Source: Piedraia hortae CBS 480.64
Taxonomy: Eukaryota
Length of the DNA stretch: 64,000 nt
Assembly (NCBI GenBank): GCA_010093745.1
Contig: MU006019.1
Location: 1 to 64,000 of the forward strand
Direction of reading: 5' to 3'
The notes beneath the pieces are model-generated. The model ran no database searches, was not told the DNA's origin, and saw nothing but the letters and a program-made list of their open reading frames with translations. Positions 56,060-64,000 of this stretch are shown here, one piece after another (the stretch's first letter is position 1; each line of letters begins with the position of its first letter). The position numbers and the translations under genes are program-made.

Positions 56060-56453
56060 TATCTCTGCGTCACTTATCAAACAAGCCATCAACTGTCCCT
56101 CGATGCTGTTGCTATCGAATAATAGTAACAAATGATCGTGGATGGATTCGGCCTCGGTAGAAGGATGGCCGATGACGCCTCCGACATGAAGATGTTCCAT
56201 ATTCATCCTTGATGTGCGAAAATAATGTTATCATAGCCATTCTCCCTTTGCAGGATGCCGCATGGGTCACTTACATAGCTGTCTCCAATATCCAACCCAT
56301 TCCAGGACCCGGCTTCACCCGTAGCTCTGGCTAGAGTTTATAGAAGGACGGAAAAACGGGCGCTAGAAAGAGGCTTCGTCCTCCGCACGCGGCTCTCAAC
56401 TACATGGATTGAGCACTTCACTTTAGGGCATAGACATTTTCAAAGGGGTTACA

Positions 56454-58013
56454 ATGTCGCAAAGAACGTTAGCCGAGACTGAAGATACAGTAGAAGATGC
56501 AACGGAACACGGCGAGAATACGCCGCTAGTCGCCACACCCAGTGCAGCCCCTTATCATGCAACTTCATACGCTCTGTCACTGGCTGTACTCATCTTACTC
56601 CAGTCAATGAATATTAGCATGCTCACGACGACTCAAAGCGCCATAGCCAAGGACCTCAGGGCATATGACAAGACATCATGGTTCACATCAACTTACCTCA
56701 TTACAATGAGTGCCTTGGGCCCGCTGAACGGAAAACTCAGTGGCATTTTCTCCCCGCCGGCTTGCATATTCGTTTCATCGATGATTTTGGCTGTTGGTGG
56801 AGTATTTTCAGGCCTTGCAAGTAATTTCGAATTGTTCCTTGTCGGGAGATCGATATCAGGCTGCGGTGCGGCGGGGATCTTCACAGTCGCTGTAATTCTG
56901 GTACTGGATCTAACCAAGCAGGCCCGGAGAGGCCTGGCTATAGGTCTGTTGAATGCGGGCTATACAGCCGGGGTAGCATTTGGGGCCACCACAGCAGGGA
57001 CACTGCTGCCCCTCACGGGCTGGAGAGTTTTATTCTACGGCCAGGCCCCTATTGCTCTCCTTGCTGGAACGGTACTGTTCCTCTCCCTTCCAAAGTGGAA
57101 CGAAACGGAGAATGACCTTTCAGTCGCTCGTCTCGATTATCTTGGAGCCCTAACGCTGACAGCTTCCATTGTGCTGCTGCTTCTGGGCCTGAGCTCACCC
57201 AAGTCAATCCAGATTTGGCCCATTGTTGCCTCTCTCATTGTGCTTGTCATGTTTGTTGTCTGGGAAATGTACGGCGCCTACGATCCCATCATCCCCGTTC
57301 GCCTACTCCGCTCTCGTGGCCTGCTTTTCACATGTCTCGGGACTGTTGGTTACATGATGACTCGATGGACGGTTCTATTCTATGCTCCAACTTATGCAAT
57401 TGCCGTACGCGAATGGTCGCCTGGCACGGCTGGATCTATACTCATCCCTACGAATGCGGGCTTTGCCCTGGGCGGTCTTCTCGTGGGCTGGTTGCACATC
57501 AAACGGTCCGGAAGTTTTTACTACGCCAGCCTCGTAGCCTACACATTGTTTCCACTTACCATGGCGGCTTTGGCCCTGCTATCAGCGCAACAGTCTAGCG
57601 TAATACTATACTTGGTGATTATCTTCATCAATGGGGCAATCTCAGGCGCGGCTCTTAACTACACGTTGGCGCACGTGCTGCACCTAACGCCCAAGGATAC
57701 TCACTACGTTGCAACGTCCTTGATAACAACCTTTCGTGGCCTGGCCGGATCATTTGGCGCCGCCATTGGCGGTGGATTCTTCACGCGACAGCTAAATGCG
57801 ACCCTGCACGCTGAATTCAGACACAAGGGGATCCGCAATGAGCCGCTCGTACGGGAACTTCTCGGATCACCTGCGCTTGTGCGGAATCTGAAAGGGATCG
57901 CCGAAGCCGCGGCGGTCGACGGCTACGAAGCGGCGCTACGGACGTTATTTTTTGCGGGGGCGGGACTTGCCGCAACTATGATCCTGGTCCAGGCCGCTAC
58001 TGGCCGCCAGTAA
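56454..58013 (+). CDS. MFS transporter (DHA2/Vba-like, about 14 TM)
   Basis: SWFTSTYL, GKLSGIF, GRSISGCG, GWRVLFYGQAP, RLDYLG and PIIPVRLL. Confidence 0.9.
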   Translation: MSQRTLAETEDTVEDATEHGENTPLVATPSAAPYHATSYALSLAVLILLQSMNISMLTTTQSAIAKDLRAYDKTSWFTSTYLITMSALGPLNGKLSGIFSPPACIFVSSMILAVGGVFSGLASNFELFLVGRSISGCGAAGIFTVAVILVLDLTKQARRGLAIGLLNAGYTAGVAFGATTAGTLLPLTGWRVLFYGQAPIALLAGTVLFLSLPKWNETENDLSVARLDYLGALTLTASIVLLLLGLSSPKSIQIWPIVASLIVLVMFVVWEMYGAYDPIIPVRLLRSRGLLFTCLGTVGYMMTRWTVLFYAPTYAIAVREWSPGTAGSILIPTNAGFALGGLLVGWLHIKRSGSFYYASLVAYTLFPLTMAALALLSAQQSSVILYLVIIFINGAISGAALNYTLAHVLHLTPKDTHYVATSLITTFRGLAGSFGAAIGGGFFTRQLNATLHAEFRHKGIRNEPLVRELLGSPALVRNLKGIAEAAAVDGYEAALRTLFFAGAGLAATMILVQAATGRQ

Positions 58014-58085
58014 TGGATGACGCTAGTATTTGATGCGGGGCTCCGGCCCGTCGCGCGAATCAACCTCACCTTCGCCTGAGACACG

Positions 58086-59021
58086 ATGCAAGCCCACCGG
58101 ACGGAGAACTGGTCGAAATCAAAAAGGCAGCGGATGCTGCAGCCATATCTGCCGGAGCAGCCGACGCCCATAAGTTCACATCGCCGCCCGCGGCTTCGTT
58201 CCGCCGCTCGCAATCTGCTTCATTACACCATCTTCACCGTTGTCCACATCCTGTTCAGTCTCTTCATCCGCCTGAGGCGGTTATATCACGGATCTGTGGA
58301 TAATCTGCTATCCATTTACTATCACCACCATCGTACGCCGGGTCTGATCCGCGCCGACACCAAGAACCTCAGCAAAGTTCCGCGCCACCTCAGCGTTATC
58401 CTAGACCTTCCGCCTCAAGGAGTGAAGAAGGAACGCGTAGAGGCGCTTGCGCGTGATGCAGCCGAGCTGGCTGCGTGGTGTGCGAGCGTGGGCATTCCGC
58501 AGCTAAGCATCTACGAACGCACAGGCACTCTCAAAGCGTCACTGTCTCTTGTGCACCAGAAAATAGAACAGAACTTGGAAATTTATTTTGGTGCAGATTC
58601 GAGCACGAGACCGTCACTTTCGGTCCGGGCGCCGCATCAGACATCTTGTTTGCCGTCTCGCACTCCCTCTCGAGATAGCGCCACATCCCACCTTAGCGTC
58701 CTACTCATCTCGATGGAGGAGGGTCGACAAACCCTCGTCGATCTTACCCGCACGCTCGCAGGAATGGCCCAGGAAGGACGAATTTCTCCTAACGACATTA
58801 GCCAGGACCTTATCGATGCCGAGATGACGGAAAGCGTTATGGATGAGCCCGATTTGCTGATCCTATTCGGGGATCGCGTTGTTCTCCAAGGCTACCCGCC
58901 ATGGCCCATTCGCTTGACCGAGATTTTCAACGTCCCTGATCATATTACGGGTGTCACTTACAGCGTCTTTATAAGAGCCTTGCAACGTTTCGCTAAAGCA
59001 GAAATGAGGGTGGGGAAGTAG
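58086..59021 (+). CDS. NUS1: Dehydrodolichyl diphosphate synthase complex subunit Nus1/NgBR
   Basis: YYHHHRTP, PRHLSVIL, LSIYERTG, EPDLLILF..LQGYPPW.IRLTEI and C-terminal RxG (RVGK). Confidence 0.94.
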   Translation: MQAHRTENWSKSKRQRMLQPYLPEQPTPISSHRRPRLRSAARNLLHYTIFTVVHILFSLFIRLRRLYHGSVDNLLSIYYHHHRTPGLIRADTKNLSKVPRHLSVILDLPPQGVKKERVEALARDAAELAAWCASVGIPQLSIYERTGTLKASLSLVHQKIEQNLEIYFGADSSTRPSLSVRAPHQTSCLPSRTPSRDSATSHLSVLLISMEEGRQTLVDLTRTLAGMAQEGRISPNDISQDLIDAEMTESVMDEPDLLILFGDRVVLQGYPPWPIRLTEIFNVPDHITGVTYSVFIRALQRFAKAEMRVGK

Positions 59022-59499
59022 TTTATGAGCGTTCGTGTATGAAACGATAGACGCATAAAATGTACGATAATCGTTGGGTTTTCGATTCTATGATGAGTTC
59101 TCCCCGTTCAGGAAGAGGAATTTTGCATGTTCCCTAAGGAAATTAGAATAACGATTTATGATTGATGCGGTCGGAAGCCTAGCTTGTTCTGTCCCTTGGC
59201 GTTCTTGGGCAAGTTTATGTATCACGAGATAGAAAGCCGCCAAGAAATGGGTATATGCCAACTACATTTCCTCTATAAGTATGTGCCGTCCACTGAATAA
59301 CATCAAGAGTGTGGTGTCATCTTGACATCCAACATTCCTCTCTCACCGAGTTAACTTATCTTCAAAAGAGGGTAAAAGGACCCGATTGTTTGAATAACCG
59401 TGAAGAAGAATATACACGGCTTTGGAAAACCATGTCACCATGTAACTAACACTCGCTAAGCTGCCCTTGAGCATCAACATTCTTCATCTATACACCTGC

Positions 59500-60600
59500 C
59501 TCTGGAGCCATGGAGTTACCAGAAAAAGGCAGTAGGTCGGGAACGGAACTGTTTTCGACGAATTAGCGGGAAGAGAGAGAGAAACAATGGGGCTTTTCTC
59601 TTCCACGTAAGCTACGATCATTGTTCTTTTTCCCCGGTTGGGAAGTTTATGACGACTCTCACTCAACTGCCGTGTCATCACATCAAGAAATCGCCCATGG
59701 ATATGCACGTGTGGGAGAAAAGCTATACACCCAAAAGATGTATCGTTTAAAGAGTTCTTCACTCGATTCACATCTTCGAACGCTCCAGTGTTCAAACAGT
59801 ATCGTGAAGTATTACATTCTTTTTCCAGTGGTCAAGCGACCGGACAATTTTCTTTCCTAGGTAAATATCCACCATTCCCATTGAAGAATATCGGCCTGTC
59901 TCCATTTCATTAAGCCGAGAAGGTATACGTATATGAATTGAAACAAACCAGGGGGCTTTTGGATTTGGGAAAGCAGATTGAGAGGGGTTGCCCGGATGTC
60001 GGTGAGTGTTTGTACCTCATGCAGTCCACTATAAATCTAGCTGCACTTGAGGAGAAGTGGCTCCAAGGCGGGGACGTTGTGACTTGAGGTTCGTGCATCG
60101 GGCTATATGAGTAGATGTTGGAGAAAATGGCAGTAGCCCAAGTTTGCTCGTGTGAAAGGTAGAGACTATATGAAAGCGATGGTTAGAAATGATTAGGAGT
60201 ATTTACTCTTCATCTTCAGTACCTACTGAACAGAATTATCTGGGGAGAAGAGATATGAGTAATTTATGACTTGGTAAGCGGAATGTACAACTGGCATATG
60301 CTGGAAATTTATGGATGTTGCACGGGCATATTATCTAGTTCACATCCTATTTGTTGGCCATGCTATAGGTGTCTTTGGGTCAATCAATCTGACGTGAAGT
60401 GAGATAAGTTCCGCACATGAAGCTATCAATAGTAAAAGGGGGGTTTGACTCGGTGCAGAACCAATCCATGCCAGAGCTACGATATTAACACTGGAATCTG
60501 CTTATTTTTTGATGAATATGCGATTCATTTGCATGGTCAGTCGCCTGTATTAAGAAGGGTCGAGGTTGCCATAAATAGATGGAGAAACTATAAAATACCT
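59500..60600 (-). mobile_element. Degenerate Ty1/Copia remnant (post-integrase SH3-like segment; possible protease motif); boundaries approximate
   Basis: FGCIAF..HVHI..RHKLPNRGKRTMIVAY matches the Copia FGC..Y..KL.PR..FVGY motif; AT-richer, stop-riddled surroundings. Confidence 0.55.
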
Positions 60601-62101
60601 GCTGAGTTTGCTGTCTCGTAAACAACATACCGGTAGCAGGTCAAGCTGGACAATGAACACGCTCAAATGCCACTGCATTTTTACCGATCCATCTCCGGTC
60701 ATATGAGCACCTTGGACAATGGTCCAAATTAGAACAACCTAGCTATACCAAATACAGGCTAGTTGTGAAGAAACCAATGTTGGCTTGAATCGAAACTATG
60801 TATACGACCGTAGCAAGCCTTTTGAGGAGACTGTCAATTTGCATGATGCGAAGGGTAGTAATGAAGGTGTTATTGAGCAAATGCAGCCCATGGTGGTTAC
60901 AATTGGTAGTGAAGAGGCTAACTTAGGGGCAGGCCGGATATCAACGGTACACCGCGCGCCAGAACAGCCCGGAGACGAGATTCCCACGGTTGAAGATCAT
61001 GACTTTAGCTTATCTTGCGGAACCTTGGCACTACGTAAGTCTAGGATCTTTACAATGATGACACAAGCCCGTCTTGAACAGGGTGGCAATCATTCAGTGG
61101 ATCGCGATGTGAAAACAAGGTATCGTGTGCAGGGGGCTGAGTTGTACCGTCGTCAGGTCGCGTTGCGCGTAGTCAACACGCAGTTCATTAGCTTAGCTCG
61201 CGTCCGGTAAGTCAATCCCACATCCACCACACCTTATTCTTTGAACTTTGCATACTCATTCTTCAACTCGCAACCTTCATTTGCAAAGATAATGGCGCCC
61301 CGTCAATGCTCGGGAGCTTGCAGCACTCAGCCGGAAAAGACACTTTGCTCTTACGTTAATCACTGTCAATGCACTTCCACGAAGACGGCGATATGGGCAG
61401 GTCCAGACATCGCTTGATGGCGCACTTTACGTCGACCAAGCACAAGCGTAGAGAAGAACGCATCAGTGAGCCCAAGGCGGAGATGTTGCGGACGTTTATA
61501 GACTTTAAAACCATGGAGGCAGCGCTGACGAAGGCAAGGCTTGCCAAAGCGGCTAGAGCACGGGCAGTCGTTGAGCAGGAGCAGGTGGCAGGTCATACTG
61601 CAATGGAGTGCGGGCTGAACGAAGATGGAAACGGAGGTGATTAGGTTGAATTTAGTACATTGAGGAGCGAGGCGGATAGCCACGGTTCATTCTGGAGCAG
61701 TCCGGCAACGGTGCAAGGCATGATTACCGTGCCTTGGAAGAGTTTCGCGCCCTCAACAAAATCTAATGTTGCCTGGATGCCTTCGCCAACAGCCTGTACA
61801 GACATTCATCCTCGGCACACTCAACGCGAGAATAAATGTCATTGACGAACTTCAGGTTGAAGTCTGTACCTAGGTCCCCGTAAAAAGTCGAATTGGTTAG
61901 TACAATTATGCATAGCCCGATTGAAATCCGTTAAGTCTGTCCGTTGTGTTGTTTATCGTTACTTGCGGAAAGTCTTCCGTGTGTGAGATGACGTAACTTC
62001 GGAACCTACCGCACTGATCCTGTGTGCTTCGAGGATTGACAAGATCCAACATCACGGTGACACGTGTGAGTTGTACCTCACCTAGTATAACACTGCCTGC
62101 G

Positions 62102-63568
62102 ATGACTCTTGCACTCAATGCACCTGACATACCTTCAGAGATCCTACTTGAAATCCTAGGAAATTTGAGGGATGATCGTGATGCATTGTGTCGAATCGTC
62201 TTGGTCTGTAAAATCTGGGCAGATCTAGGCACAGAATTACTATGGCATGATGCCCCTGAAGACGCCTTCCAGCTCGTCTCTAGTGATCGAAAGCAATACT
62301 ATGCCGACAAGGTCCAGGAGCTGGCAGTGTCTTCTCCCGTCTCGCTCCATCTCGAGGGACTTGCGTTTCCGCGTCTCAGACACCTCAGAGTGTCTCCTAA
62401 CAGCCACAGGATCCCCGAAGGTGAAAGTTTGCCTTTTGAGCATTACGCCCAGCTCTTGATGCCGCAGCTGAAATCGCTGCATGTACGCTCCGGACGAGGG
62501 AGGTGTCATTTTCTTTCGTATATACCTCTCAAGTGCCACAGCTTGCAGCAATTGAGGATCTATGGCTCAAGCAATTACTTGGTAGGTGATGACCTGCTAA
62601 GATGTCTCGAACAGCTTCAAGATCTCCACACCCTGTGCCTCTCTTGGGATGATAGAGTGTATTCGTTTCCGTCAGGGAATGAACTGGTCATACACCTAGC
62701 CCAGCGGCGCAAGCTGGTGATGCTTGAAATTGACTACAGTATCACCCTCGGCTCTCTAAAACTGCTCGTACCTCGCGCCGAGCCACTATTCTGCGATCTC
62801 CAATCTCTGGAGATTATGCTGGATTCCAACGCAGTATCGACATTGGCCCAGCTCATGCCTGGTCTTGTTGAGCTCAAACTAACATTGAAGACCTGCGAAT
62901 CAACATCGTTTCTCATTGGGATCGGTACTCATCTGACCAACCTTCGAGGCTTGAGCATCGCATTTCACATCGTGAGAAAACTCCAAAAGCGTGAAATTGT
63001 GTGTCTCGGATCTTTGACGTCGCTGAGGCGCTTGAGTTTGACCTACGACCACACCCTCAATTACGACATCGTCATAGCAATGGAACTAGATGAGTCCCTA
63101 GCAGAGCTTGACTTTAAATTGCTTTTCTCCAACCTTAGTCAGCTGCGAGAGTTTGTCTTCCACGCCAACACAGACTTGACGTTTGACATACTGAGAATGC
63201 TCGGGAAGCATTGTCGTAACCTCATGTATTGCGCAGTTCTTATGAAGGAGTTTGAACTCTTGACTCTGATGCTAGAACCGGTAGTGCTCTTTCCGAATCT
63301 AAAAGGACTTGAGATCGGAAATTGCTTATTTAAGGAAAGGCTCGGTGACTTCGCAACACAGCCCTTGACGGTCACAGCCATTCTTGCTCATTTGATGGAC
63401 ATGACCCTGAAGCATCATGCACCTAAGCTCGAAGATCTGGCATGTGCACTGATTCCAAGCGAAGTGTCACGGGCACTAACAACTTCATTCGAGGCACGTA
63501 CGAGGCCGTCATCACCTCTTCCGTCTTGGCGATATTGGCCAAAGCTGTCCCTGCTCGACAACCTCTAG
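62102..63568 (+). CDS. F-box / leucine-rich-repeat (RNI-like) protein
   Basis: IPSEILLEILGNL..LCRIVLVCKIW..LW F-box, then repeated LxxLxL units (PRLRHLRV, PQLKSLHV, PNLKGLEI); first ATG at 62102. Confidence 0.85.
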   Translation: MTLALNAPDIPSEILLEILGNLRDDRDALCRIVLVCKIWADLGTELLWHDAPEDAFQLVSSDRKQYYADKVQELAVSSPVSLHLEGLAFPRLRHLRVSPNSHRIPEGESLPFEHYAQLLMPQLKSLHVRSGRGRCHFLSYIPLKCHSLQQLRIYGSSNYLVGDDLLRCLEQLQDLHTLCLSWDDRVYSFPSGNELVIHLAQRRKLVMLEIDYSITLGSLKLLVPRAEPLFCDLQSLEIMLDSNAVSTLAQLMPGLVELKLTLKTCESTSFLIGIGTHLTNLRGLSIAFHIVRKLQKREIVCLGSLTSLRRLSLTYDHTLNYDIVIAMELDESLAELDFKLLFSNLSQLREFVFHANTDLTFDILRMLGKHCRNLMYCAVLMKEFELLTLMLEPVVLFPNLKGLEIGNCLFKERLGDFATQPLTVTAILAHLMDMTLKHHAPKLEDLACALIPSEVSRALTTSFEARTRPSSPLPSWRYWPKLSLLDNL

Positions 63569-64000
63569 ACCATCCCTGCCACTCATCACAAAGACAACTC
63601 TACTTTCCCGTTTCCAGATAACGACAAGTAGAGTAGCGTCGATCTGTAAAGAATGAAGTGGCACATTCGAAACATTCCAATAGAATATAAAGTAGGCTTA
63701 CACATGCTGAATTGGTTTATGACTTCAAAAAAAGGCCGTGATGCCACTTATTGTTCAATACCTGGAAGACTGCTTGCAAGAACATGATTAGTCTACATGT
63801 AATAGGTCTGAATGCATCTAATAGGTGGCGTCATTCCTGAGAGGGCAAATGAAGGGACATTAGTGGCTGAGAAGGAGTAGTGCGGTTTGGACATCTGTAT
63901 TCTCTCTGGTTTCCCAAGCGAAGAGAGTGCCGAAGAGATGGGTATATTGCTGAGTTCTGACACTTCGGCTCGAGTGACACTGCGTGTATATAAGACGTTG

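Noticed and set aside
41974..58013. Possible secondary-metabolite cluster (Zn2Cys6 TF, P450, MFS)
   Set aside because: No PKS, NRPS or terpene synthase backbone, and the genes are interspersed with housekeeping genes.

Overview
Eukaryotic, filamentous-ascomycete (Pezizomycotina) DNA from a very compact genome. Most spliceosomal GT-AG introns are 43-67 nt with CTRAC/CTAAC branch points, and intergenic gaps are often under 200 nt. A Dothideomycete origin is an inference only. About 25 protein genes can be supported: RPR2, SUB2, a Nup53-like gene, SGF11, dynein roadblock light chain, a GPI cell-wall protein, CMS1, a succinyl-CoA-ligase alpha/partial-beta fusion, VPS10, a ferric reductase, a DUF1772-like protein, an orphan Q-rich protein, SRP101, YIF1, RPF1, a fasciclin protein, a Zn2Cys6 TF, a Mutator-derived gene, a 65-aa three-exon microprotein absent from the ORF track, synaptobrevin, a P450, ARG1, a C2H2 TF, an MFS transporter, NUS1 and an F-box/LRR protein. 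There is also a GH79 gene broken by one nonsense codon and two patches of decayed LTR-retrotransposon sequence (about 27.9-31.7 kb and 59.5-60.6 kb). The most interesting signals are: a highly structured 250-nt first intron in SUB2, closed by a perfect 15-bp stem (candidate regulatory RNA element); an intact spliced gene that looks like a domesticated Mutator transposase lacking its catalytic core; the hidden microprotein with a myristoylation-type N-terminus; the succinyl-CoA-ligase fusion lacking most of the ATP-grasp; and recurrent abrupt C-rich to G-rich strand-skew switches inside genes. No tRNA, rRNA or CRISPR was found. All family assignments come from motif recognition, not database searches.
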